Shown: positions 1-13,485, counted from the first letter of the stretch. The stretch: 64,000 bases of DNA from Camelus ferus (GCF_009834535.1 NC_045696.1:66280001-66344000); one strand, 5' to 3'. Translations and numbers: made by a program. The notes: a model not told the origin generated them from the sequence alone.

Positions 1-124
1 ACAAAATAGATCAATGCTATACAAGAAGAATTGAGCGAAGGGATGGGATGGTAGTCTCTTAAGGATGCCAAAACATTACTGGGGTGCTAAGGTCTTACTG
101 AAGACGTGGAGGGTTTTTTAAAAT

Positions 125-1610
125 AATTTTTATTGAAGTATAGTCAGTTTACAATGTTGTGTCAATTTCTGGTATATAGCACAATACTTCAACCATATAG
201 TAACATACATAGTTCGCTTTCATATTCTTTTTAAACATAAGTTACTACATGATATTGAGTATAGTTTTTTGTGCTATACAATATTAACTTGTTGTTTATC
301 TATTTTGTATGTATTAGTGTCTGCAGATCTCCAACTCCCAACTTATCCCTTCCTACCCTCTTCCCCCCCGGTAACCATAAGTTTGTTTTCTATGTCTGTG
401 AGTCTGTTTCTGTTTTGTAAATAAGTTTGTCTTTTTCTTAGATACCACATACAAGTGGTATCATATGGTATTTTTCTTTCTCTTTCTGGCTTACTTCACT
501 TAGAAAGACAGTCTCTAGGTCCATCCATGTTGCTGCAAATGGCATTATTTTATTATTTTTTTATGACTGAGTAGTAGTTCATTGTATAAATATACCACAA
601 CTTCTTTATTCAGTCATCTGTTGATGGACATTTAAGTTGTTTCCGTATCTTGGCTATTGTAAATAGTGCTGCTGTGAACAATGGGATGCATATATCTTTT
701 TGAATTAAGGTTCCCTCTGGATATATGTCCAGGAATGGGATTGCTGGATCATATAGTAAGTCTATTTTTAGTCTTTTGAGGAATCTCCATACTGTTTTCC
801 ATAATGGCTGCACCAAACCATATTCCCACCAGCAGTGTAGGAGGGTTCTCTTTTCTCCACAGTCTCTCCAGCATTTACTGTTTGTGGGCTTTTGAATGAT
901 GGCCCTTCTGAGTGGAGTGAGGTGATACCTCATTGAGTTTTAATCTGCATTTCTGTGATAGAGAATAATATTGAGAATTTTTTCACAGTGCCTATTGGCC
1001 ATTTGTATGTCTTCATTGGAGAACTGCTTGTTTAGGTCTTCTGCTCATTTTTGGATTGGGGTTTTTTTGTTTTGTTTTTTTCCTTATTAAGTTGTATGAG
1101 CTGTTTATATATTCTGGAGATTAAGCCCTTGTCAGTCTCATCTTTTGCAAATATTTTTTCCTATTCTGTAGGTTGTCCTTTTGTTTTGCCTACGGTTTCC
1201 TTTGCTGTGCAAAAGTATGTAAGTTTAATTGAGTTCCTTTTGTTTATTTTTGCTTTTATTTCTATTGCTTGGGTAGACTGCCCTAGGAGAGCATTGCTGA
1301 GATTTATGTCATATAATGATTTGCCTATGTTTTCTTCTAAGAGGTTTATAGTGTCTTATGCTTAAGTCTGTAACCATTTTGAGTTTATTTTTGTGTATGA
1401 TGTGAGGAAGTGTTCTAACTTCATTGATTTACATGCAGCTGTCCAATTTTCCCAACACCATTTGCTGATGAGATGGTCTTTACTCTATTGTATGTTCTTG
1501 CTCCTTAGTCAAAGATTAATTGTCCAAAAATTTGAGCTTATTTCTGGGCTCTATATTCTGTTCCATTGATCCATATGCCTATTTTTGTACCAATATCATG
1601 CTGTTTTGTT
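125..1610 (-). mobile_element. 5'-truncated LINE-1 (ORF2 C-terminus remnant plus artiodactyl-type 3' UTR)
   Basis: ORF 610..933 encodes the L1 ORF2 C-terminal region (RYHLTP...[17 protein letters not shown]...[11 protein letters not shown]). Typical L1 3' UTR and A-tail, seen as a T-run near 125. Confidence 0.93.
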
Positions 1611-1850
1611 AAAAGTTTTTTCTTTTAAAGAGAGTTTGCAGTTGAAAGGAACTCTCTGATAAGCTGCTAAATGTAATGAATGGACAATCAAAAGACATAC
1701 TCAGCTAACAATAGATGGTCACTGAAAAGGGTAAGTCTGTGTGACTGCAGGACTTCTGTTTTTCTGTTTGAGGTTTACAGGATGTTTGCAACCAAAACTA
1801 AACTGTGTAAGGCTGTAGAGGAGAGTTTATATACTTTATAAATACATGTT

Positions 1851-1964
1851 ATTTATTTATTTATTATTTATTTTTATTATTTTTTAATGGAGGTGCTGGG
1901 GATTGAACCCAGTACCTTGTGCATGCTAAGCATGTGCTCTACCACTGAGCTATTTCCACCCACC
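1851..1964 (-). mobile_element. tRNA-Ala(AGC)-derived SINE (camelid vic-1-like) with A-rich tail
   Basis: Minus strand reads ...TAGCTCAGTGGTAGAGCACATGCTTAGCATGCACAAGGTACTGGGTTCAATCCCCAGCACCTCCA followed by an (AAAT)n tail. A and B boxes present. ACATGTT is repeated at 1844-1850 and 1965-1971 (TSD). Confidence 0.88.
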
Positions 1965-3539
1965 ACATGTTTTTAATTTAATATAATTTTAGTAGCAAAA
2001 GGAGAGGATTCCATTGAGAAGGCAGCAAGAATTGGCATATTCTCTGAATAACCAATACTAGAACATTAACTCCATGTGATTAAGCCTTAGCTCTCCAGTT
2101 TTTATTCTCCAATAATGCATTTTTTCTTAGTTTTCTTCACTTTTATTTTGTCTGCTTATGACAAGGTTTTCTGACTGCTTCAATTTCTGTTATATTAACC
2201 AAATCAGCTTATTTTGTTTTTATTTACTGAACTTGAAGCTTTTCCCTTTAACAATGAAATGAACCCCCCTTTGATTTCCTCCTGTAATCAATACTTTCTG
2301 TGCAATAACTTTAGAAAACAAAGGCACTGTATAATGTTTGTTTAAATTTTATAAAAGGAAAACTATGATTTGCAACTAGAGTATCTCTCAATTCCTTCCT
2401 CTAGTTCTCTGGGCTACATAGACTTTGCTTTGCATACAAAAACTTAATTTAGAAAATAGAAACATTTGATGATTTCCACAACCCTTCCCAATTTTCCTCC
2501 TATACCCAGCACCTCCTCCAGCAAACTCAGGAAGACGGTAAAGGGCCAGGTCTATCTGGCTTCATTTTCCTTTCCTGTACCAAACCTGTATCACAAAAGC
2601 ATCCCCTTAACTTCTCTTAAATTTCTATTTTTAACTACAACTTCTCCACCACCACCATCCCTGCCACCTCCAAACATTATCAACAGAACGTTTAACCCAT
2701 CAGTTTTGTGGAAGAAGTTGAGTTTTGCAAAGGAAACCTTATAGTACTTTGCATTTTTCAAGTCTTCTAAATCCTCATTCAAATACAGATTATAGAAATT
2801 AAAATGATAGCATTTTATTTGAGTTATATCAAATGCAAAGTGTGGGCAATTTAGATCCAGTTGAAAAGGACATTTTCAGACAGCTGAAACAAAATAGACT
2901 TTGGGAAAATTGATATTAAGGAGTTGTTAATTGTTCATGTTGTTGACTGTGATGATGGTATTGTGGTTACATTGTTAAAAAGTCTTTATCTGTCATACAT
3001 ATATAGTAAAATATTTATGAGTGAAATGTAATTTCTGAGATCTATTTTAAATAACTAAAAAATATTCTGTTTTCTTACTTTTTGGCTCTGGAGAAAGCCT
3101 ATAGGTTGAATCTGAGCATGTGTCCTCTTTTTACTTGCTAACTCTAATTCTAACTTGTGGCTCTACTTTGCCTAAGCAATGAAATTTAATAAACTTTTGA
3201 ACCTTTTGCTTGGAGTATATTTTAAGAATAGTACATTGATTAACCCACTGTGTACTCTATTCAATCACTCAAATATGGGCATTCTTATTTTGGATATACC
3301 TAAAAAGCATTTTTACTTATTTTCATTTAATATATTTTTAAATCAACTCCATTTCAAACTTAAATATATTTAAATGAAAACTTTAAATTATATTGTAAGT
3401 GGATAACATGCTTATTCAAATCCACATAAAAAAAGATGACAGTAAAAGAAAAATATTCAATGCACCACCTAAAAATGTTTTCAGACACCATGGGCAGTAA
3501 GTATAACACAATTTCAGAAGCTCAACATGTGTTTTGAAA

Positions 3540-4060
3540 TTGGAGATACATGCTAGTATGAGACTAAAAACAAAAAAACATAATTTTCACCTTTGGAAAT
3601 AAATATTCAAATAATTAGTGACTATAATAAAAGTTTATCAGCTATGCTCAATTTAGTTAAATAAGTGTAAATTAAAACAACAATAAATCATTTTTTACCC
3701 ATAAAAGTGGTAATAATATTAAATGTTGCTAATACCTTGTGTTGGCAAGGGTGTGGGGAAACAAGTATTTGTATACACTCCTGATAAATTAGCACATCTT
3801 TTGAAGGCCAATTTGGCTATATATATCAAAAATGTTAATACATCTCCACAAGGATTCAGCCATTTCTACTTTTAGACAAAGAAAGTAATACTATAGTTAT
3901 TATTCTATAAGAAAACAAAGATGCTTTTAAAACAATGTTCTTTGCCACATCTCATATAATAGCAAAAATAGCAAAAATAGTGGTACATATGAACAAAGAA
4001 CTATGCAGCATTGAAAAGAATGAGGCAATATGGAAAAATGCCAATAAATATAGTTAATTA
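3540..4060 (+). mobile_element. Ancient L1 (L1ME-like) ORF2-end / 3' remnant
   Basis: Degenerate matches to the L1 3' region (aaattaaaacaacaat...gttggcaagggtgtggggaaac...ggccaatttggc). Confidence 0.6.
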
Positions 4061-5424
4061 TTAATTTTATTTTTAAAAGGTAGAAGAAGAGTATACATTT
4101 TCAAAAGATCTATGTGTGCCATAAAGTACCATTTTTCCCTGTGAAAGGATAGCAGAGATATTTGAAGGGTACACCTCCTGGGAGAGAGATGAGGGTGGAC
4201 CATTGAGGTGAATAAGAGAGACGCTGTTAATATTTACATTTCTGTACTCTTAACTTTTGAGAAATCTTATGCATGTATTTTTTTTCTCTGTTAACGAAGA
4301 TTCTCTGGGTGCTGGGATAATTGATGTTTTTGTTTGTTTTATTCTTCTTTCTTTTCTTTTTAAAACAAATAAAGATTTCAGTAAAAATTTTAAATGACAA
4401 ATCAGTAGCCTTTTTGAATGGAAACAGGGTAACCAATATTGGATTGTGCATTATATTATCTTCCAGTTAATTACTGCATATCAGGGGCTGACATTGTTCA
4501 TTTGAGAACGATTGCTTCATAGCTCAAAAACTGCAGAATCTGCTCCAGGAATGCTTTTCCCACGTAGTTCCCAGTTTATCATCCTTAAAATGAAATTGGA
4601 ATGTTGAGATGAAGAAAAAAAAATGAAAAGGTAAAAGATTTGATTTGAAAGAAGATAAGGTGTAAAGTAGAGGATACGGTAGGAAGATGAATTTGGGAAT
4701 GAAACGTGTCTCTGTGACGGTGAAGGCTGTATTAATGACTTCCCTACATAGATGATGCCTCAAAGAGGCTGACTGTAGGAGGGAAACAAGAAACCATGAT
4801 AGTTACCCCACAGAATAAAACTAACACCTTATGAACTTGGGTAGTATTTCTAATGGTGGTCAACGGCTTTTTAGCAAACAACTTCACCTCAATTTTCCTA
4901 CACTGGAAAGAAAGAAAATGCCATCTTCCTAGGGTTTTTATTTTAAAGTAATCTGTGAATATCTAAACTTCCTTATCCCAATTATGCTCTGAGGACATGG
5001 AACTGCTTGTGATTTTTAGCACATTAGTTGCCCTCTCTTCATTCTTTGTGCACGTTTTTCTCTTTGCAGAGAACTCTTTCCCCTAATTTGTTCTCTTTGA
5101 AAATACTTACCGTCTTTCTTTTCTCAGCTGGAATTTCCCTCCTCTGTGAAGCCTTCCCTGACTCCACAGGCAGAGGCGGTGACTGCTTTTCCCATGACGT
5201 TTTGTTCACACCCACATTACGGCAATTACTTTATTGCACTCTAAGCTTCATGTTTTTATGCCTCTGTCCCCTCTATGCCTTAGGTTGCTTGAAAATAAGG
5301 AGACAGCCTTTCAGTTAAACTGAACAAATGTATGCATGAATAATGGAAGGAATAATCCAATGAGGAAGTAATTGCATGCAATGGATGCAAATAAAATGCT
5401 TAGCTTTTCCGGTTAAGGTATTAT

Positions 5425-5870
5425 CATCATTTATTCAAAAATATGTATTAAAGGTCTACTATGCATCAGGCACTCTGCCAGGTACCAGGAATAGAGCAGT
5501 GCACAAAGGAGAATGTGTTTTGCTCTCTTAGGGCTTTCAAACTTGCAGGAGATCGAGATATGGATCTGGAAACCACACTCCTAAGTGAAGTGCAATGGGG
5601 GGAATGAAAGCAGAGCCCTCAGGTATTAGGGACTTCCACTGGCCTTACCCAGTCTAGTGGAAGTCAGGGAGGTCTCCCTGAAGAAGTGATGATGTGTTAC
5701 TGAGAGAGGAAGGATGCTAGGGGTAAGAATTGGAAAGCAGAGAAGTTGTTGCAGGGCTACTGGCAAGAGAAACATGGGGCTTTTGAGGCAGAGAAAGAAA
5801 TGCAGTTGGTTGGAGGGTGGTGAGCAAGGAAGAGAGTGTTAAAGAATGTAATATCAGAATATCTGAAAAT
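5425..5870 (-). mobile_element. LINE-2 3' fragment
   Basis: tttattcaaaaatatgtattaaaggtctactatgcatcaggcactctgccagg resembles the antisense of the L2 3' terminus. Confidence 0.7.
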
Positions 5871-6059
5871 TTTACAGTTTACAGTATTATGAACAAGAAA
5901 ACTATATGGTGAAGGACATAATTGTATTATCCGATCCCCTTGTATGGAAATCATCTTTACCCAGATAATTTTCTAAAAGTGATTTTTACACTTGGGTCAG
6001 TTAACTGGGCTATGCATGCTCAGAAGAACCCTCTGGAAAGTGTGTTAAAAATAACTAAG

Positions 6060-7500
6060 TTGAATCTGAGGACATAATGTTGAGTGAAAGAAGTTAGACA
6101 TAAAGAGTTAAATACACTGTAGTTCAAAAACAGACAGAACTAATCTATGGTTTTAGAAGTCAGGATAGGTGGTTACCCACAGAACGGGGAGGGTAATGAC
6201 TAGAAGGTGAGTCAGAGGGAACTTCTGAGAAAGGATAATCTTTTATTTATTGACATGAATACAGATTATACAGGTATATTCACTTTGTGAAAATTCATCT
6301 AGCTGTAAACATGTACTTTTCTGTATGTACTTCAACATTACAATTACTGAAAAAAAAATTTTTTTAAAGAACTGTGTCAAGAAAACACAGGAGCCAGCTT
6401 TAAAAAGCCCACACAAGACCAAAGGGGAACCAATATAAGTATCATAATAATAATAGGTATTGCGGATTAAAACACATTAAATCAATGAAACTCTGCAAGT
6501 TATAATGACACTCAAATACAAAGAAATAGTTGCAAATTATTCATCATCCTTCGAGCTAAAAGAAGAACCATACCTCCTTGCTTTCCCAGGAGAGTTCTGA
6601 CTTAATTATTTATAGCACCCACTTTTATTCTCAGATTGTCCCTGTTTGGCTGATAAATTATATATTATCTCACTAATAAACCAGCTCCTTATTTTGTATG
6701 AGTAAATTGGTAAATGAAGGGGAAGAATTAACCATTTATCCTGTCTTCTCAGGGTAACTAAACAGACAAACGAAGAGACTAAGGCTTATTTTACAGAAGT
6801 TTTCAGCAGATGGACCTAAAATAGAAATTAAAAGTAATCTTTCTTCAACCTGTAACTGATGTATTTACTTACTCAGATAAAGATTATCAATTGTTAGAAG
6901 TATTATTTTAAATTTATTATTATGGTTAATAGAGAATGAGATATTCCGAGTTTCCAAAATAGCACCTACAATAATCACTCATTTTTGTCACTAAAGGAAA
7001 AATATGTGTAAGTGAAGAATGGAAGCATTGGATTGGCATCGCCCCAATCCAGTGAACAACCTTAGCACAACTGAGGCTAAATCAACCAGATATTAGGTCT
7101 CCAGATAAGATTCACGTATGGTGTATGTAAGGAACTATTTTTGACTTGATTCCATCAAAGCCTTTTGATTTAAATTCCAGTTTACTGGAAATACAAGGTA
7201 TAGGGAAACAATCTAAATGACACCACCAGGAAAACCCAGAAGATGGAACAGACTGTAGGAAAACCAGTTCAGTTTCTTTAAAAAAAAAAAGCCAGGGATT
7301 AAAAAAAAAAAAATGCAGCTTGGTTAAAAGAGACATAAAAGGCATAACAACCAGAGGAAATGCAAATATTGGTTTGAAGTAAACAGTAGCATAGTGCATT
7401 TTGAGAAACTCAGGGAAATTTAAACATGGATCAGGTATTAGATAAGATGCAAATGTATTGCTATGGAAAGATAATGGTAATTAATGGAGGAAAAAAGTAG
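6060..7500 (+). mobile_element. Old L1M (L1MB/L1MC-like) 3' UTR fragments
   Basis: gaatctgaggacataatgttgagtgaaagaag...ttcactttgtgaaaattcatctagctgta, and L1MC-like gagacataaaaggcataacaacc. Probably a composite of several pieces. Confidence 0.55.
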
Positions 7501-7834
7501 GTTACAAAGCAACACATGATCTCTTAAAGTGACCTCTTAAAAATGATCTCTTAAAAGAGAAATATATTGTCTGTGTGTATGTGTGTAAACACAAAATATC
7601 TGGAAGAATGTACAGATGTTCAGGAAGGTTTTAGGAGCAGTGATACAGGTGGAGAGAATATAGTCAGTCCCATGGTATTTAAATATCATACACTTTTGGT
7701 TATGTTTTCCAACTTTCTACAATGCACCTATATAGCTTTTATAATAACAAGTAGCTAATTTCAATTAAAATGTGATATTAGAAAGTAATAGTTAATAAAG
7801 GGATAGGTAATAAGATTGCTCCATTTTATAAATT

Positions 7835-9937
7835 TTTATTTTTCTTACCACAATTAACAAGATATAAGTAAATTGTAATACTCAGAGTTTAGTGGGCTGT
7901 TTTAATGCTTCAACATAATAATCACAAATGTGTATACCTTGGGCTTATATTTTCTTTCTGTGCATGCTAAGCACCACTTTGTTAATTATTACTGCTTCAT
8001 AATTTATTATTTGTTCTGTGTTCACTAGTTGCTGTACAAAATATATTCTTTGTTATACTTCATTTTGGGGTGTTTCATTAAATCACAGTGGATTAGGAAT
8101 AAATGTTCCCAGAGAATTTTTAAAAATATGAATATTCCTTCTAGGATATACAAAATATTTTTATTGCAAAAAAAATTTTAAACATTCATAGATTTCAATT
8201 ATCACCATAACTGTCTGAGATATACCCTCATACAAATGAAACCTTTGAGGGGGGGAAGATCTGTATCTCTAAAATCTAACTAGTTATTTAACTAACTTTA
8301 TCCTGCCTTTCCCCAGGAGTATTTCAGGAGACTTATTAGAATGTATAAAACATGATATATCATAAAATAAATGTGGGAATAGAAATTTTAAAAGCCACGG
8401 TTGAAAATAAAGAACAACAGAAAACAAATTTTGAAATGCATAGATGAATACCCATAGAACTAGTAAACATAATCTACAAATGATTTTGTTAAATGTCAAT
8501 TACACAAGTTAATAATATCCATGAAATAAAAGTGAATCAACTGTTCTTAATTCTAAGATTAGATTAGACATTCTCCTGAGATACTGGTAAAGAGATACCA
8601 CGTGAATTCATGAACATCATTCTCCACAGTTCACGTACCAGCTTCCATCGTCTCAATTTCACAGTATGTTTATCTTTCTTAATTGGAAACATTTCTTTTG
8701 GGAGCTTCAGAAATTCACAACTAAATTTCCTTTTTTCCAAAGAACTAATTTTTAGTTCAGCTGACAGTCTGTTAAGGTACCACAAAGGTATTAATGCTAT
8801 TCATGTGAGTAATAGGGAATTAGAAAACCTGAGGTTAAATTTTATAACTTGAAAAACAAACTCTACAATTTAAAAAAATAAGGTTATATTATACGAATAA
8901 AATCCCATTAGCAATCATCTACTGATTTTTTTAAGTGCATATATAATTCTGTTTTTTCTAAAAAGCACATATTTTCTGAGGGAAAGTGATTATTTTCAGT
9001 CGAGAGTTGTGTGCCTTTATTTCTTTCAGGCAACGAGATATTTGGCACAGTTTATCACATGCTAGAGATTTTGCTGGGTGCTGAAGATCCAGCGGTGAGA
9101 GGACACCTGAAGTGGTGAATTCTATTATGGTACATTCTAGAACACATTTGGATGTCCATTCAATACTGAGTGAACTCCCTTGTTTAGCTATCACTGCTGC
9201 AGTTTAATATTTGACAGTACACAGGCAAACTTGGAGTGGCGATAACATGATACACAGGTCTCCTATGTTGTTAATGAGGAAGAAATTCAGCACTGACTCC
9301 AGTATTAACTTAGCATTTGCTTTTGACATTTAGAGTGTGGAGGGGAACATTTTTAACTTTGACTCCCACCCATAACTGGTACACCAAGCTGTTATTTTCT
9401 TTTCCTATTTTAACAGAATCAGAGCAATGGTAAGCTTTGATATACTGGTTTGAATTTGGAAGAGCCATCTTTTTCAAAGTTATCAAATATCTTGCTCAGT
9501 TGAGAATACAAGAAGTGAAGCAAAAGCCAGGGAAGGAGCTAAGAGCCTGTCAACCCCTTCAAAGATTAGCATCTCTGGCCTCTTTTGAAAGTTGCTTTCT
9601 ATTCTTAAAGCATCATTTTGCTTTAACATTACCATGTCACAATCTCTAATAGCAACATGGAAATCACAAACAAACATTTTTATATCCTGGCAACCTTATC
9701 GTTAAATACAAGGGAAGTGTGTGTGTGAGAGAGGAGGGGTAAAAAAAAAAAACGTGGAAGAATGTAAGAATTGAAAAGGAGAAGTAATAGGAGAATCAAA
9801 CTTTTTGATTAAGGTGAGCAATTAATTTAGTTGAACACAAAGTCTAGATAACTGTTCCTGGATCGGCTTGTTATTTTATTGGCCTGAACACATTGATTGA
9901 TTACATAACACACACACACAGACTTACACGCGGCACC
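7835..9937 (-). other. CLDN16: Probable CLDN16 3' UTR with candidate AATAAA signals (minus strand) at 9880-9875, 9021-9016, 8165-8160 and 7840-7835
   Basis: AT-rich, repeat-poor sequence after the stop codon. The hexamers are seen directly; which one is used is unknown. Confidence 0.45.
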
Positions 9938-10071
9938 TTACACCCTAGTGTCTACAGCATACATTCTGGCAGTCTGTGTCCGGGGGGCTGCGTACGACTT
10001 GGCCATGGAAATAGCTGTAGTTGAATAGGCCTTCCTCATGGAATAAGGATAGTTCCTCTCAGGTCCGATAT
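9938..10071 (-). CDS. CLDN16: Claudin-16 coding exon 5 (134 nt including [47 protein letters not shown])
   Basis: Not in the ORF track; translated by hand. Acceptor AAACAG| at 10072, TAA at 9940-9938, C-terminal PDZ ligand TRV. Exon lengths sum to 708 nt (235 aa plus stop). Confidence 0.97.
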
Positions 10072-11018
10072 CTGTTTGAAAGTGATAAAGATAGCGACAT
10101 AAAAATAATTATGCCTCGGTAAACTTTGACAAAAAAATGTCATTTTATATATTCTTTCCCAAAAGAGGCAAGAATATAAATAGTCCAAGAAGGAATCATC
10201 TAAGAAGAACCCTAGAAGAAAAATCTAAGATTCTCAACCTAAAAGCTTTTATAGATTTAAAATTCAGCCAAGTAATTTCCTTTTTTTTCTTTTTTTTTCT
10301 TGCAAGGAGAGGAATTTCCTTAGTTTTTTCAGTGACATTTTTAGGAAACCCAATACGTTACATTTTTTAACAACAAATATGTATCTGACTTAGCTCTCAG
10401 CCTATTTCTCTGTTTAACTTTAGATATACATCTTTTAATTTTATTTTTTTTCTTTCAGCTGATGAGATTTATTTATTTTTTTAGTATAGTTTTTTTTTCT
10501 TTTTCAGTTTTATTAGGTAGAATTATTACAGTTCGACTGTACATACACATTATGTTGCATGTAAATACATAGACACAGTATACTGCCCTTTTTTTTAGTT
10601 TACATATATGTACTAATTATTGTTTCTAAGAACAGATTATATCTTTAGCTTTTTAAACTTACATAATTATCAAAGGAATAAAGCCAACTACAAAATAAGA
10701 ATCAACAGAATGTGGTTATATATTTAGTAGATTGAGTAAAGTGAGACATATAAGATTATGACACATCAAAATTATCATTATATTTTTGGATATTGGACAT
10801 AGTTGTAGTTACAGGGATTTTTTCCCAACAAACATACCACTAGCCAGATACTAAGGTTCTAGTGTTGTGAATCAGTTGTCCTCCAACAACTGAAATTTCT
10901 AATGGGGTAGGCAGGGAGCAAGCAAGCAACGTTCCTTGGGCTGGTGAGATGTGTTTCCTCTGGGCTGGGAGGGATGCTACCGCAGGCGAGGAAGTGTGCT
11001 GTTTTATTTTGTTCTTAC

Positions 11019-11210
11019 CTTTCAAGAGGTATAAGCAGCATGTGAGGACAGCGCCGGCCACAAAGCAACCCAGAGACCCAGCCATTCCGAGCCAACAGGA
11101 CCAACCAAATTTATACTGGATGCCAAGAAATATATTGTGGAAAATCAGAGAAGAACGTTCCACATAAACGTCAACAGCATACCACACAGAACCAATGATT
11201 CCTGGGGCAC
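11019..11210 (-). CDS. CLDN16: Claudin-16 coding exon 4 (192 nt, [66 protein letters not shown]2 and TM4)
   Basis: Polypyrimidine acceptor TTTTCTTTCAG| at 11211, donor AAG|GTAAGA at 11018, phase 1-1. Confidence 0.98.
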
Positions 11211-12699
11211 CTGAAAGAAAAGAAAATCACTAAACATAATGCAGGCCTGTTTTCCATTTAAATCCAAGGAGATTTAAGACCCACCACCCAGACCCACGAT
11301 TGAAGTTACATCAGCTACATAGTCAGCACCCATATGGAAACTGCTTTTAAAGTCATTCATCTTAGCGTGTTGGGGTTAAAAATAAGTGAAGCAAAAGTTG
11401 TGTTTATGTTACAATAAGTCTTTATCTACTACTCCCACACCATATAAGACTAGACTAAGAAATTGTGCTCATTTTAAATAAAAGTTAATCCTCCCAGATT
11501 AGTCTTTCTGAAAATTGATTAGCTTGACATGATGCCTCTTGCTTTTGCATATAACTTGCATGTCAGGGCTCAGATGTAAGAAAAAGGGGTGGGGAGCTGT
11601 GGGACAAAGGTTATGTGAAAACAGTGTTTCTGAAATCTGTGACCCCCAAGAAACTCTCACATTTTTTTGTAGTGAGTCTGTGATATCCACTGAAGTCACA
11701 ATTTCATTGCATTCTTTTCCCAATTGTTTAATGCAAGAAGTAAAAGAAGGACCAGATCATGAAGACACAGTAACCTTTCGAATACAGAATATAAATTACC
11801 ACGCCTTTTCTATAATACTATAACCTATAGCTTTAGGCTGAAAAGTTCTTTTCTTGAAACTTAGAAACAGATTTTCGTGTGTATACATATACACACACAC
11901 ACATATACACGCATTTATATATGGCATACTAATATCAAATGAGGACCCTGAGGCTTTGGCCATCTCTGGCAATTTATTTTAGTCATCTCTCCAGCCAGTC
12001 CTGCAGGGATTTTCTTCATTGACTCGGTTTTCTTTATATTTAGCTTGTTATGGTATTTTATAAAAATAGAGTACCTAGTGATGTCTCAAAAAACATTCTA
12101 GAACAAAATTTCATAGCATTAAATAATGTTTAAATTTGTTAAATAAAACAGTGTTTTATACAAAAGCTTTATGTTATCACGAGACTGGATATGGGAATAA
12201 ATATCTTAAAAAGGAAACATTACTAAATTCTTGTGACTTTTTAATACAGTTAAGGATCATTAGGGTCTTGACTCAATGCTTGTGTGTGAAAATATTAGGG
12301 AGGCCCCATTTTTTGACTGTGGGATGGGTGAGACTCTGCTATGGGCTTACTCTGCCCACACTGGACCTTTACCACAGCAATTAAGAGGATATATTTCTGC
12401 TGGGGCTTAACCTTATTTTTCAGCTCAAACAAAGGAGCTAGATTAAGTAACTGGCCTAAGGTCACACATTACACTTATGTATCTCCAAGTATCTTTAACT
12501 TCAAGGTTCCTATATAGTCACGCTACACTTCCTGGTCAGGTACTTATATTTGCTTTGTTAACTTTTCTACTGCTACCATAAAAGAAGACGATTTTCTCTC
12601 TGGAGGGTGGGCTCACCTCCAGAGAGAGGGTTTTACTCTTTCTGTACTTTGATTTCTTCCATAGTGTACGTCTTCCCAACTTGCATTACAATCCAAAGG

Positions 12700-12975
12700 A
12701 GGCATTGTGCTGTGATAAAAGAAGACTAAATTGAATTTGATGACAGAGCTCAGTAAAATACCAATTTTGTTGTTTCACTAATAAACACTGTGTGAAGTGT
12801 TTCTTGATTTATTGTTTATTAGTCATGCTTGATTTATTAGTCTTCAGAACTCCATTTATTCACCTGCTTAAGTGGAGATAATAGCATAATCTGCTTATTG
12901 TTACAGTTATGACCCTAAAGGTTGGCCTATGAGAGATGTCTAACACAGGACTTGGTACAATTTAGTTAATTGGTG
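12700..12975 (+). mobile_element. MIR SINE (intron 3)
   Basis: MIR core-like tcttcagaactccatttattcacctgcttaagtggagataatag. Confidence 0.55.
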
Positions 12976-13320
12976 GCAGTGTGTAGAGGTAAGGAGGTGG
13001 TGGCTTAGGGTTTATTTTAGGATTTGACTTCAGGAATAATCACAAAAATTTTTAGAAATTTAAAGTGTTATATAACCTTTGAAATGGTTAAAAACAGTTT
13101 GAGGACTTCGATAAACCTTGATGAGGGATAGTAACAAAAAATTAATTATCTAATTCCAAAACTAAAGAAAGCAGGGTTGCTGGAGGTGCTCTTCGTTCCT
13201 TTAATCTAGAGAAGCAAGTTGCATATGATCCTAAAGTGAACTGCTTCAGAACAGCACCCTTCTTCACCTCAGGACCTTAGGTTGGTCTCTGTCGCCCCAT
13301 CACTGAGTCCAGACCAGTAC

Positions 13321-13485
13321 CTGCTGTTAGTAATGTAGTTCCAGCAACAAAGCACATGCGGGCTTTGATGTATGGCTCAGCAGGGAGGAATTTCACACAG
13401 TCAAGACCAAGCAGCAGGGTGATAAATCCAAATCCAGCTAGAATGTCTGCAGTAATCATCAACGCCCGAGTTACCACCAGCTTCA
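13321..13485 (-). CDS. CLDN16: Claudin-16 coding exon 3 (165 nt, [58 protein letters not shown]2 to TM3)
   Basis: Acceptor TTCAG| at 13486, donor CAG|GTACTG at 13320, phase 1-1. Translation matches claudin-16. Confidence 0.98.

Noticed and set aside
610..1365. ORFs 610..933 (-) and 1051..1365 (+)
   Set aside because: An L1 ORF2 remnant and its antisense; not host genes.
1887..1964. Functional tRNA-Ala gene
   Set aside because: A-rich tail, TSD and a disrupted acceptor-stem 5' strand indicate a SINE or retrocopy.
7517..7556. Three ~13-bp direct repeats (TGA(T/C)CTCTTAAA)
   Set aside because: Simple slippage duplication with no spacers; not CRISPR-like, and the DNA is eukaryotic.
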